64,000 nt of DNA from Lama glama. Lineage: Eukaryota. Below, one piece after another: positions 37,831-49,417 of this stretch (position 1 is the stretch's first letter; every line of letters starts with the position of its first letter). The stretch spans positions 248,001-312,000 of the forward strand of contig CM052831.1 of assembly GCA_028534125.1 (NCBI GenBank), given 5' to 3'. The translations under genes and the position numbers were made by a program. Under the pieces are notes generated by a model. That model had not been told where the DNA came from. It did not search any database and saw only the letters and a list, made by a program, of their open reading frames with translations.

Positions 37831-38571
37831 CTGCAGAAAGAAGGCTGAGAGTTGACCTTGAGGGGCCCCCAGGAACACGTCCACCAGCAGCCAGATGGTC
37901 GCCTCTGGGGGTGGGGGTGTTTGCGGCCAAAGGCATGTGAGCCAGTTCTTGTTCTGTGCTGGTGCCCCAGGCTGGCTCCTTCCTCAGGCTGTGCACCGGC
38001 TGGCCCCTCTGCCTCCGCCACGGTCACACGCTGGCCCCCCAGCCCCCAGCCCCCAGCCCCACACTTAGCCCCCAACTCATAAGTCAGCTCCTCAGAGACA
38101 CCCTCTGACTGGTCTGTGTGACCCAGTCCACGTTCACAGCCACAGAAATACCCATCCAATCACGCTGGCCCCGCGGAGCCTCGGAGCACGCAGCCAGGGA
38201 GCACGGGCCGCTCTGGCACCTCCACTGTGCAGACCAGGTGGGAGGCCCAGGGAGGCTGAGCCACTCACCCTAGGTCACCCAGCTGAGAAGCCAGGGGGCC
38301 TGGCTCCAGGGCCCCGCAGGGCCGCCCCTGGAGAGCTGTGTGTGCCACGACTGGGAGGAAGGGCCTGCCTGGCCCTGGTCGCTGCCCTGGAGCCCGGACC
38401 GCCGCCTTCTGAAGGCCCCAGGTTTCTTTGTCCAGTGCCCCCCAGTGCCAGGCGGCGGCCGCTGCCTCCTCAGGCCAGTGGGGACACCAGCGAAGCAGTT
38501 CCGCGGGGCTCACGTCTACCGGCCCCGAGTGACCTCCCCCCAGCGAGCCTCCCGCCAGGCTGAGCCCTCAC

Positions 38572-38642
38572 CAGCCGGTGCTTGGCGGCCTCGCGGACCC
38601 AGCGGATGTTGTCCATGTACTGCAGCTTCACAGCCGGGTCCA
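38572..38642 (-). CDS. UROC1: UROC1 exon 15
   Basis: VDPAVKLQYMDNIRWVREAAKHRL. Confidence 0.95.
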
Positions 38643-40120
38643 CTGCAGGGAGAGAGGGAGGCAGCGTCGTGGGCCCTGGGAGCCCCTGCCCCATGGTTCG
38701 GGGCAGTGGGGTGGGCAGACCCTACCCCGGAGGGCGGCTCAGCGGGGGCTCCCGTCTGCACCCTTCACTGGACCTGGACTCGGGGTCCACAAGCCTCCAG
38801 CCTCAGCCCCACACCAGCCCATCTCACTCTGGGACACAGCAAGGCCAGGGGCCAGGTGAGCCTGTGCTCAGATGTGTAAGGCCACTGCCCCGGTCAGTCA
38901 TTCCCTCAGCGAACACCTAGGGAGCGCCTGCTGAGAGCCAGGCCCTGGGACAAAGGCTGCTGAAGACCGTGAAGAAATAGGTGCTGTGTGCTCGTCACTG
39001 GGGTGGCCAGTCGGGGAACCCAAGGGCTCTCATGTCAGGTGGCGGCCAAGCCAAGTGCTAAACGCCCAGGAGGAACCAGCTGCACGATGATCTGGGGGAA
39101 CAGTGTTCTGGCAGAGGGAACAGCAAGCGCAAACGCCCTGAGGTGGACACAGCTTGGCCCCGCCCTGCAGGACAGGCAGGTAGATAAAGTGCGGAGGGCG
39201 TGTGGAGTGGGGTGGCCGCCGCGGAGCTCGGGGGACAGACTGTTACATCCTCAGGAATCATGTGAGCCGGGGGTTCACAGACATTGTTAAAATTTCAATT
39301 AAATAAACTTACACTTTGAACAACAGTATTAAAAATGAGAGTAACGCCCACACATGGGGACTTCTAGTGCCTTCACTGCCTTTTACCAGAATCTGCGCCC
39401 TCCAGGTTCTCCACCTGCTCTGTTCGTGTGGAATCAGCCCCTGAGCGCAGGTGCAGTACGGCCACCAGAGTGTTCAGCAGGTTTCCCAGTTCCAACACCA
39501 AGAAGCCCCTGCAGGCCCTGCCCATGTTTCCAGAAGGCCCCGCCCCTTCCTCCCCGCCCCCGTTGGCTCTGCCCACACAAGGCCCCACCCACCTGGCTCT
39601 CCCACCCTGGATCCCTAACCAGGAGCACCCCAAGCCCACCCCGCCTGGATGTGGGCGGCGGGGTGAAACGGGCCATGGGGATGTAAAACAAGCAGCAAAG
39701 GCTGACCAGCCACCCAGAGAGCCCGAGAGAAGGTGGCGCAGGGCCCCCCGTGAAGAAAGTTCGGAGCACCAGGGTGGAAGCCCCAACAGCCAGGAGGTGC
39801 TGTAAAGTAACTGCCCCCTCCTCTCCAACCCTCTGCAGAAGAAGGGGCCGCGGCTAAGCCAGGGCCATCCATGCGAGGGCAGAGCCGCAGACGGCCTGGA
39901 GCCGCTCTGAGGTAAGGACCGCAGAGTGGCCGGGACGTGTGGAGGTGACCAGGCAGATGGCCCAGGGCAGCTATGAGCAGGCAGAAGCACTGTCTCCAGG
40001 CGCCACCCACGGCCACGTGCCCGGTGCCCACAGCGCCAGGCAGGAGGCCAGCAGGGCCAGGCGGGTGTCTGTGGGAGCCCCTGGGGGCCGCCCACCTGCC
40101 AGCATCTCCAACAGCCTCAC

Positions 40121-40242
40121 CTCCGCCTGCAATGGCCTCCTCCAGCACGGATGTGGCCAGCTGATCTGTGACCGCCAGGTCCTGGGGGTCCCCCGACGTG
40201 CACACCCAGCGGAAAGGCCCAAATCCCTGGGAGAATATGTCC
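40121..40242 (-). CDS. UROC1: UROC1 exon 14
   Basis: DIFSQGFGPFRWVCTSGDPQDLAVTDQLATSVLEEAIAGG. Confidence 0.95.
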
Positions 40243-41367
40243 CTGCAGGGGCAAAAGGCTCATCACCTGGGGGCTTCCCGGGCTGGCTGCAGCCCCTTCC
40301 GGGGTCACCATGGCCCAAGGACAGGAAGGCCACAGAGCTCCAGGACTGAGGGGTGAGGGCTGTGTGCAGGGTAGGTGCATGGCAGGGGGCTAGCTGGTTG
40401 CCGGGGGTGTCAGCATCCAGGATTGTTGCTGGAAGCCCCTAAGCCGCTAACTGGACAGTCACATCAGAGGCCCCTCCCCCACCCCTGTCCCCTCAGCGTC
40501 CCTCCCCAGCTCTCTGTCCCCTCTCGGGGCTGCACCATCTCCACAGGAGCAAGGGCCAGGACACAGACAGGAGGAAACTCCTCAGATCGCTGTTAGGGAC
40601 AACCTGGCAACCAGGCCACCAAACTGCAAAGGGGGAGAAAGAGTAAACGGAGACTTGGCCAGATCTGCTGCAGGAGGCCTGACCTTCTGAGCTGACCCAG
40701 GCAGGGGGGTGCAGGGCCCTCCCCGAGCTCTCACACTCACCCAGCCCCTCACGGCTCCCCTCTTGCTGCCCCTGGGGACGCCCTGGTGGCCCTGGACCTG
40801 TGGCCGTGGCCCAGCTCTGTCCTCCTCCCCACCAACAATGAACCTGAGAAGGACGCTGGCCTCTCACGCCTCCTCTTCAGGTCCCCTCTGATGTGCACCC
40901 GCCGGCTCCCCGCCCCACCCCAGCTGCTTAGACTCCATCTCCAGGCTCCTCTCCCCCTCAACAGCTCCTCCTCCCCGTCGGTCCTGGACCCCACTAGGCC
41001 AGCCAGCAGGCAGGCACACGGGTGGCAGGGATCAGGCCGCTAGCTGCCCAGTCGGAGCTCAGGCGTGGCCATGGGACGGGCGGCTCCTTGGACACGACAT
41101 CCAGGACCGTGGGACATGGAGGTTGGGAGGGTCACTGAAGGTGACCTCGGCTCCAGCCCCCAGCATCCTGTTCTCTTACTGGGGCCCTGCATAGGGTCTC
41201 ACACTTTGGCTCCCCTTCCCCTGCATTTGGGGTGGAAACGCCGGGACCTGCGGCCTGGTCCCCTCAGGGCTGAGCACAGGTCTCTGCATGTGGCCTCAGC
41301 GGCAGTCAGAGGAGGGGCTCTTCAGACCTGGGTGTCCAGGACCAGACGCCGCGGGCCGGTCACTTAC

Positions 41368-41440
41368 CCCATAATGTGCTGCACGTAGGAGGGGTAGCGG
41401 AACTCTGTCTTGTTGGCCCCCACCTTCCCCACGTCAGCCC
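41368..41440 (-). CDS. UROC1: UROC1 exon 13
   Basis: ADVGKVGANKTEFRYPSYVQHIMG. Confidence 0.95.
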
Positions 41441-42075
41441 CTGTGGACAGAGCGCCGCCCACAGTCACCAGAGAGGCTGAGGGGCGGGGCCCTGCCTGCT
41501 CACGGAGTCCAGACGGTGACGACGTAAACAAAGAGCGGGGGAGAGTGTGGAGGGCTCCCTCCTGGAGGGGACGCATCACCAGGGTCTCTTTCAGAGGGAA
41601 GGAGGAAGACCACTGGAGTGGCCATCCGTGCGGGGCCGGCAGGGTCTGCACGTGTGCTGGACGTGCCCGACCTGACCTGACCGCACGCCAGGGCCTGCAG
41701 ACCCTGGAGGGGAGCTGGCGTGGGGGCCCGGGCCTGGACAGCGCCTCCACATGGAGCCAAGGTACCTCCCGCACCTTACTCTTCAGGCCTGAATCGCCTG
41801 TTCTACAGAAAGTTTCCTTCACGGAGGAGTAAAGCTGACCCTTTTTTGGGCCAGAGCTGGTAACTGAGCACTGGACTTGCTCTCCTCATGGCTCTTTATG
41901 TTCTCGGAGTAAATGGAGAAACTGAGGCCCAGTGAGGCTGAGGCTGGGCAGGGCCAGGCAGGGCCAGCTTCCAGAAGGCACGCTGAGGACCTGTCCTGCT
42001 GGACACACTAGCCCCGCCGGCCAGGCCTGCTGCTGCAGAGGGAAGCGTGCCCCTCGCCCACCTCCCCTCTCTCAC

Positions 42076-42173
42076 CTGCTCTCTGGGCCTCCAGGAGGAA
42101 GGCGTTGCCATAGTCCCAGAAGAAGAAGTTCTCCTTGGCCAGCCTGTTGATGGCCGCCACGTGCCTCCGTAGG
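42076..42173 (-). CDS. UROC1: UROC1 exon 12
   Basis: LRRHVAAINRLAKENFFFWDYGNAFLLEAQRA. Confidence 0.95.
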
Positions 42174-42696
42174 CTGCAACAGGCCACGGGCAGCGGTCAG
42201 CTCCACACCATGGGGAGCTCTGCCACCCCGGCTGCCCTGCCACTCTGCTGACTCCCGCCCCAGCTTGCGGCCCTGCACCTCCCCGCCAGTGCCTCCTGCC
42301 CAGAAGCCCCCAGCCACCAGCTCCTCACAATCCCCTTCCCCTTCAGTCCCAGCATGGTGCCCAGCCAGGCTGGCACCCCACAGGCAGGGCCGGCTTCCAG
42401 AAGCTCTCTCAGGTCCCCTCTGTAAGCGTCTGCCTTGCACCGACGCGTGCCTGAAGCTGCACCCGGTGTTTTACAAATGTCACCCCAGTCTATCCCCCAG
42501 CATCCCCACAGGCCTGTGCACCCATGATCCCGTCTGACAGAGGAGGAGCAGAGGCCCAGAGAGGTTAAGGGTCTTGCTCAAGGCCACAAAGCGGACCACA
42601 GGAGAACCAGGCAGAGGCCAGAGCTGCCCAGTCCAACAGCTCCTGCAGGCCGCGTGCACCCACCCCACACCCTGAGCAGCCCGGGTCCTGCGTCAC

Positions 42697-42876
42697 CTTT
42701 CCTGGACCAGGCATTTGAAGGCAACAGGGTCGGAGGCCATGAGGCTCTGGGCCTCTGCAAAGCTCAGCTGCACGGGATAGTAGCCACCATTGAACGGGTT
42801 GTGGCAGGACGTCTGGTCTGACCCCAGGTCCACCAACAGCTCCCCCGTCATGTCCAGTTCATAGACCAGGCGCTCC
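42697..42876 (-). CDS. UROC1: UROC1 exon 11
   Basis: ERLVYELDMTGELLVDLGSDQTSCHNPFNGGYYPVQLSFAEAQSLMASDPVAFKCLVQE. Confidence 0.95.
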
Positions 42877-43181
42877 CTGGGGAGAGGTGGGGTGGTCAGG
42901 ACCGGGGTGTACAGCCAGGGCACGCAGGGCACTGCAGGGTGCTGTCCAGCCAGCATGACCGGCAGCCAGGCGCAGAGGCTAATCCTGCCTCCCCTGGACA
43001 GATCTCAGCAGGAGGGCTGTCGGGCGGAGCAGAGGAGGCTGCCCTGAGCTCAGCTGGGACCCAGGCCGTGTAAGCTGGAGCTGACACTTGAGGTGCCTGC
43101 TGGTAGCGCCTGGCCAGGATCAGGACCTTGGCTGGAGGGCGCTCACCGGGGTCCCCAAGGCTGCCAGCTCCCCCCACTTAC

Positions 43182-43244
43182 CAGAGATCCACCACGTTGC
43201 CATGGTAACCAAGGCTGAGCACCTCCTTCCTCTTCCTCGCTTCC
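43182..43244 (-). CDS. UROC1: UROC1 exon 10
   Basis: EARKRKEVLSLGYHGNVVDLW. Confidence 0.95.
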
Positions 43245-43763
43245 CTGGAAGGGCACAGGGCAGGACAGATGACGCTGGCGCCTGCCCACGGCGGCCCACC
43301 CCACACTCACACGAGCTGGTGAGGGACCCGACCCAAGGGGAACCGCAGCCTTGAATCCCCCAAATGTAGACGGATGCGACAGTGGTGACAACCCGCCCCC
43401 CACCGGCCGCAGGATTGGACTCATAGAACTGGGGCTGCGGCTCCTAGGACTCTCACTCCAGGGGACCCTCAAATTGCAGGCGTCACTAGAGAGGATTCTA
43501 AACATTGTGGAAAAATGAAAGGACAGAAAGTGAAAGCCTGTTCGGGGCAGCAGAGGACTTGAGCACCCCCAAGGCCTCAGAGCTGTGGGGGGCCCACCCA
43601 CTCCCACCCACTCCCACCCGCGTCTCTGTGGACCGGGGGCAGAGACACAGTGAGACGGGCCGCTTCAGGCGCCTGTCACCCGGGGCTGCACAGATAGGTG
43701 TGTTCAGCTGTGTGACAGCAGGACCTCGGGGCCTCCTCCCCTCCCCTGGGCCAGGCACTGTAC

Positions 43764-43852
43764 CTGAGCCTCTCGATACAGCCGTCCAAGCTGTCGGTCA
43801 CTTCCATCAGCCAGCCTTGCTCGTGGCGTTTCATCAGGGCCGCTCTGTCCAC
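43764..43852 (-). CDS. UROC1: UROC1 exon 9
   Basis: VDRAALMKRHEQGWLMEVTDSLDGCIERLR. Confidence 0.95.
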
Positions 43853-44025
43853 CTGGGACCAAGGCACGGGGCCGCCCTGTGTCAGTCACCCACTTTCCCA
43901 ACAGCGGTCAGGGAAGGTGGCGGCTCTCGGAAGGCAGGGGCACTTGCTGCCCAGGGAGCCTCCCGGGGGCACAGGAGCTGGATGGGGAGGCCGAAGGGCG
44001 GAGGCCGGTGCTGCCAGGGTCTCAC

Positions 44026-44169
44026 CTCCGCCACCACACCGATGCAGCCCACAATGACCGCGGCTTTGGCCTGAGCCCCACTCATGCCGCCCAGCCCGGA
44101 GGAGACGAAGACCTTCCCGGCCAGATCCTGGACGCCCAGGTACCGACGCCCGGCGTTCAGCACGGTGAG
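44026..44169 (-). CDS. UROC1: UROC1 exon 8 (NAD-binding Gly-rich motif)
   Basis: LTVLNAGRRYLGVQDLAGKVFVSSGLGGMSGAQAKAAVIVGCIGVVAE. Confidence 0.95.
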
Positions 44170-44245
44170 CTGGGGGCCGAGGGGTCGGGTCACTGCCGGC
44201 GCCCGCGCCCTCCCCCCCCCCGAGGCCAGCCTGCCCGCGCCTCAC

Positions 44246-44312
44246 CACCGTGCCGTGGACGATTCCCTGGGGGCCGATGTAGCAGTAACTGCCGGCGGTC
44301 ATCTGGCCGTAC
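44246..44312 (-). CDS. UROC1: UROC1 exon 7
   Basis: YGQMTAGSYCYIGPQGIVHGTV (urocanase signature region). Confidence 0.95.
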
Positions 44313-46569
44313 CTGGGCACAGAGAAGGAGCGGCTGAGCCCCTCCACCGCCCACTTGAGACGGCGGAGAAGAGCGGTATTCGCCTCAGCACATGAGTACA
44401 CCCCTGAAAAAACAAAAGGAAGCAGTAGCAAAGGCAGCAGCCCCCAGTTCTGGTCCCCTCTGGCCCCTCAGACCCTTCACAGCCAGGCGTCGTTCCCTTG
44501 AAACTGCAGTGAAATTGGTCGTCGCCCGGGGGACCGTGTATGGACCAGAGACCCAGCACCCGACCCAGCACCTCCAGGTGAAGGGAGGACCAAACCCGCC
44601 CCAGGAGGAGGACCCAGGCGGGGACATGCAGAGGGGAGAAGGCAGAGGCCTCCCAGGATTCCGTCCCCAGGACGTCTGGCCACCTCTGCGGGCAAGCTGC
44701 CAGGAGGGGCTCCGGCTCCGGCCAGAGGTGCTGGCGCCCCAGGCACCCGCATCAGGGCTCACCCACCACACACGAGACTGGTGTGCAGTCCTGCGTGAGG
44801 GGTTAATGTGATTTATGTAATGGCCTCAGTCTGTTTCCCCCAAACACAGGCCTGTGGGGTCTCTCCACATCAGCACCGGCAGACCCTGCGCCTCCCTGGT
44901 GCTGGCTCCCCAGTCCGCTGCCCGAGGCCGCAGATCGGGATGGCCCGGCTCCAGCCACCCTGGGACACGGGTGCAAACGTCCAGAGTATCACCAGGTAAA
45001 GCTCGCGGGTGACAGCCACCAGCGGCGTGTGAGCGCGCCCGTCTGCATCCCATGATGACAGCCCAGCGTTTGCATTTTCAGCAGTGGTGGGAAGGGCAGC
45101 TCTCAGCGGCTGCCTGAGGGCGGCTGGGGTCAGGGGAGTCTGGAGGGTGCCAGCACCCAGCACCCAGCACCTTCCCCGCCCCTCCCCCCGCCACCGAAGC
45201 CGGGTCTGTTAACCCTCACACAACTCTGAGGAGGCAGGGGCTATTAACCGCTCTTCGCAGAGAGGCCCCGAGGTCCAAGGCCACACAGGGACACCGGGCA
45301 GGGCGGGAGCCCACCTTACACCCCTCTGATGCATCCTTTGTCTGCCTGGTCTGCTGCCCCCAGGGCACTCTTAGGAGTAAAACTGGGGGTCAGAGTGTCT
45401 CCACTTGGGCCTCGGACCCCGTCACTAGAGGCAGCCCTCCCGGCGACCCCAGGCTTGCGGCATTGACTCCTGGCCCCCAGTCTGCAGCCGCCTGTCTCCC
45501 CGCGGCCCCAGGGTGCTGGGGGCTATTTCCAGCCTGCTTCTCTCAGCCTGAGGGTGAGAAGGCTTCGGTCTGGGCAGTGGGTCTCAGGCTCCTGGTGCAG
45601 GAAGCCCTTCCCCTCCGCTGCTCTTCTGTATTTTCTCTTTGGTCAGCTGCCCGCAGACCGTGGGTCGGCGCATGGGTCAGCGCCCCGGGGCGGCCAGACC
45701 AGGCCTGACTCTGCAGCTCCGCCTGTCCCCGGCCTGATGGCCGGTCCAAGGCCACACTCAGGAGGCACAGAGCCAGGCACCAACCGCTTCTCTGCTCCCA
45801 CTACAGAAGGGGGCGTCAGGCCTCGCGATAAATAGTAATGACAGCACCTTGCTGGATGCTGTTGTCAGATAGCGACGGTAACTGCTCACAACGAACCAAA
45901 AAAGGAACTGGGTTTCTGAGCCTGTTTCCCCCTCCACAAACGGGTCAACGCTGGTCCCTGCATTGGAGGCGTCTGTGGCTACTAGAGCACGTGGCAGTGA
46001 CAGGTCACGGTCACATCATAAGCCATAGTCTGAGGCCTGCTGGGCCGGCTCCCAGTACTGCAGACTCAGCACTCTTCACGTGGTAACAACCCCAGCGCAA
46101 CACCCCAGAGATGCCCAGAGACAGCGGATCAGGGTTTGCTGCTGCGTCTGCACCTCCCCAAAGAGCTGAAGACAACCCAACCCAGGTGGCAGGTGGGCTG
46201 CACAAATCACCGGGCAGCGGAGAACTGCCGGTGAAACAGTGAGTCTGCTCCTGTCTCCTGAGATGGGACAGCTGAAGCGGGGCAGGCGCGGCAGGCCCTG
46301 TCCCCCGTGTCCAACCAGCCCCGTCGGAAGTCCACACGCACAAGAGGTGCTGGGAAGGTCACAGGAGACGTGATGGCTGGGCGTCTGGGGTAGGAGAGGG
46401 ACTCCCTTCCTGCTGCGGCTCCTTCCATAATGACGTTCAAGGGAAGGTCTCCAATGAGAGCGTTAACGTCGACATGCCCGGCAGGGCGGCTGTGCCCCCA
46501 GGGGTTTCCTGCACAGACACATGCCTCCCACAGAGGCCACGGCACGCGTGCAGACGTGCATTCGTGATG

Positions 46570-46790
46570 CGTCAACTTCACTTTAGAAGGAAAAACTCTG
46601 CGCACAAACGTTGAATTCCAGGCAATGGTGTGTGCAGCTTACTCTGAGATGCGTCACAAAGACCCCGGAGAGAGGGCTGGAGAGGCAGGTAGGACGCGAA
46701 GTGAGCTCAGCAGCGGGTCAGGCCCAGGAGCTTGGTGTCCCCTGTCAATTCTTTCAATTTTCTGTAGGTTTGAAAGTGATCATAATCTAC
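46570..46790 (+). mobile_element. Ancient L1M 3'-end fragment
   Basis: caaacgttgaattc... and aattctttcaattttctgtaggtttgaaa resemble L1ME/L1MC 3' termini. Confidence 0.5.
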
Positions 46791-46990
46791 TGTTGCAAAA
46801 AGTGGGATTCAAGTTGTACGTTCATTCGCTCACAAGCGTATACAAATCGTAGGCCCTCCCACGAACTAGCAGCAAACACATAAACACGAAGCTCGCTGCA
46901 GGCCTTCCACCGTGAGGGGCTGTGGAGCTGCAGTCACCGTGGCTGCGTCCTCTTACCACGAAGCCGTGGCAGACAGAAACCGTGACTTAC

Positions 46991-47052
46991 ATGGTGACTC
47001 CCATGGCGAAGAGCTTCTCATACTCCGTCCTGGAGGAGTAGTTGGGAATGAC
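46991..47052 (-). CDS. UROC1: UROC1 exon 6
   Basis: VIPNYSSRTEYEKLFAMGVTM. Confidence 0.95.
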
Positions 47053-47153
47053 CTGGAAGAGAGGAACAGAGGAAGGCGGGGCCGCACCGGGCCCTCCAGA
47101 ACGAGGGGTCAGTGGGCGGGGGGCCCCGGCTCCCCTGCTGCCCAGGGACCCAC

Positions 47154-47282
47154 CATCCCGTTGGAGATAACCAGCCTTGGGGCCCCGGGGCTGCTGGGGA
47201 AGAGGCCCAGCGGGTGCCCGCTGTACATGACCAGGGTCTGCTCCTCTGTCATCTGTGCCAGGTAGGTCATCGTCAGCCAGAA
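47154..47282 (-). CDS. UROC1: UROC1 exon 5
   Basis: FWLTMTYLAQMTEEQTLVMYSGHPLGLFPSSPGAPRLVISNGM. Confidence 0.95.
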
Positions 47283-47544
47283 CTGCAGGCAGAGCGAAAC
47301 CACAGGCTCGTGAGGGGGCCTCTCCGGCCCCGTCACCACCCAGGCTGCAGCCGGTCCCCCCCAGCCTCCGCGACACTCCAGGGCTCTGCCCTCAGGACCT
47401 ACATTGTCCCCAGACAGCCTGGCATCAGGGAGGTAGAGACTGAGTCGAGCTGTGGGTCTGCAGGGCCCTTCTAGGCCAGAGATTGGCGGGGGAGCCCAGG
47501 GTAGGGGGTAGGTCCTGAGGGGAGCGCCCACACAGCCAGCGCAC

Positions 47545-47604
47545 CTGAGCCCAGTTGCTGAACACCTGCCCGTTTCCTCCGTAGGTCACAAGCTCCTGGG
47601 GGAA
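47545..47604 (-). CDS. UROC1: UROC1 exon 4
   Basis: FPQELVTYGGNGQVFSNWAQ. Confidence 0.95.
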
Positions 47605-48129
47605 CTGGAGAAGACATGGTGTCAGCTAAGGTGGGGGCCTCCCACCCCTGCACTAGACTCAAGGGGCAGGTGGCCGAAGGCCCTTGAAGGAGGAGTGGTA
47701 GGCCGGCGGAGGGCGGGAGGGGAGCCGGAAGGGTCAAGGGCAGGGGACCGCGGCCCACCTGTGAGCAGGGTCAGGGCTCAGCTCAGGGTGAGCATCAGAG
47801 CTGGGTCTGGGGTCACTTCGGGAACTCAGCCTGCAGCCAGTGTTGGGGCCTGTCCTTGAGCAGATCCTAGGGCCAGGGCTGAGGACACCCTCGCCACGAG
47901 GTGGGCAGTAAAGATCTAGGGCCCTTTCACACACAAGCATGATGCTCAGGGCCAAGTGCCCCGAAGGCTAAATGCTTTCTCGAATGCAGGGATCTGATGC
48001 ACAGGCTGCCGCTGGAGGACACCCGGGACAGGCACATGTGGCCCGACCTGCACCGCCCACATGTGGGCGGGCGTCAGGCACCGGAGCCACAGGCGTCTGA
48101 CGAGCTCTAAGCATAAAATGCTGAGATAA

Positions 48130-48310
48130 ACACCCCTGATTTCAAGGCCTCGGTGGGAAAAAAGTCTACAAAATATTTCAGTAAGTTTCATATAGATTAC
48201 GTGTTAAAATGATAATGTTTTGGACACATTGGGACAAACCACCAAATGAAAGCTGCTTCCTTTTAGCTTTCGTGGAGACTAGAGGATGTAAAACCACGAG
48301 TGCGTCCGCT
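48130..48310. mobile_element. MER3/MER33-like hAT-Charlie MITE remnant
   Basis: gattacgtgttaaaatgataatgttttggacacattggg resembles the MER3 core. Confidence 0.6.
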
Positions 48311-48540
48311 GTACCAGTGTGGATGTCGTGGTGCTGCGCCTGTGCCCGGGTCACGGGAGAGGCAGCCGCTGGCGGCGCCTGGGACAGGGGGTGGGGTCCT
48401 CCCTGCACTGCCTTTGCAACTTCCCGTGAATCCATCATTATTTCTAAATAAAAGGCTTGGGAGCGTCACACGTGTGTCTCACAGTGCGTCTCCACGGGGC
48501 AGCGCTGGCCCAGGCCCAGTTCTCGCTTCTCAGCTGTTAC

Positions 48541-48634
48541 CTGGGCCACGGCAGGGTCCAGGTTGTTCATGACCATGTGCATGATGGCTGCAGCCGCGCG
48601 CGTCCGGCAGGGGTACTGCTCCACCGGGTAGGCC
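48541..48634 (-). CDS. UROC1: UROC1 exon 3
   Basis: AYPVEQYPCRTRAAAAIMHMVMNNLDPAVAQ. Confidence 0.95.
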
Positions 48635-49286
48635 CTGCAAGGGGGTCCAGGTGCCAGGCCTGCTGTCGGGTGGCACAGGCTTCCTGCCTGCGGCTGAAGC
48701 CCAGCATGGCCTCAGCTCAGCCCCTGGTCGCAGGTGGGGACAGCGAGCCCGGCGCCCTGCGGAAGGGCCCCTCGGAGCTCCCAGCAGGAGCTGGTTCCAA
48801 ACCACCAGGCCAACTGCTCCGGTACTCACACTGTTCCCGGGATGGGCAGTGGGACCTCACCCCGCCCAGGCTGCCTCCCTCCCGTTTGGCAGGCTCCACC
48901 GGGGAGAAGGCTGACTTCAAAGCACAGCAGAAGCCTCTCCTCCAGGCCGACTTTATCTATCCGTCCTCCCCTTCGCTCCACCAGGCCCCTGGCACCGACC
49001 CTGGAGCGGGTGCCAGACCAGTAGTCCTGCGCAGGAGTGAGGGGACGCAGTTCTGTTTCATGGGGTGGTCCAGACAGCCTGGGCCTCTAGTGTTTTCAAG
49101 AACAACGGTGCCCAGTGGGGCAGCATCTCCTGGGGGCATAAGGAGGGCAGATCCTTCTGCCTGGAGCTGGCTGCAGCCCCAAGCCTGGCCCATGTTGCGG
49201 GCTTGGCCGTTCTGGGGTTGACAGCCTGGTCCCCCTTCCCTGTTTCCTGACCCCACATGGTCCCCCAGGGGCCCACCTGCACCCAC

Positions 49287-49417
49287 CTCATCTCCATGTC
49301 GGGACAGAACCGGTACATGTAGATGTGCCCATACAGTCGCAGCTCCTGGGCGAACTCGGGGGCCAGCAGCTCCTGGATGTCCGGGGGGAAGTACCGGAGG
49401 GCATTCCTCAGTGCCAG
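49287..49417 (-). CDS. UROC1: UROC1 exon 2
   Basis: LALRNALRYFPPDIQELLAPEFAQELRLYGHIYMYRFCPDMEMR. Confidence 0.95.

Noticed and set aside
43143-43607. 154-aa ORF in UROC1 intron 9 as a possible alternative exon
   Set aside because: Out of frame with exon 10, and no convincing splice pair gives an in-frame insertion.
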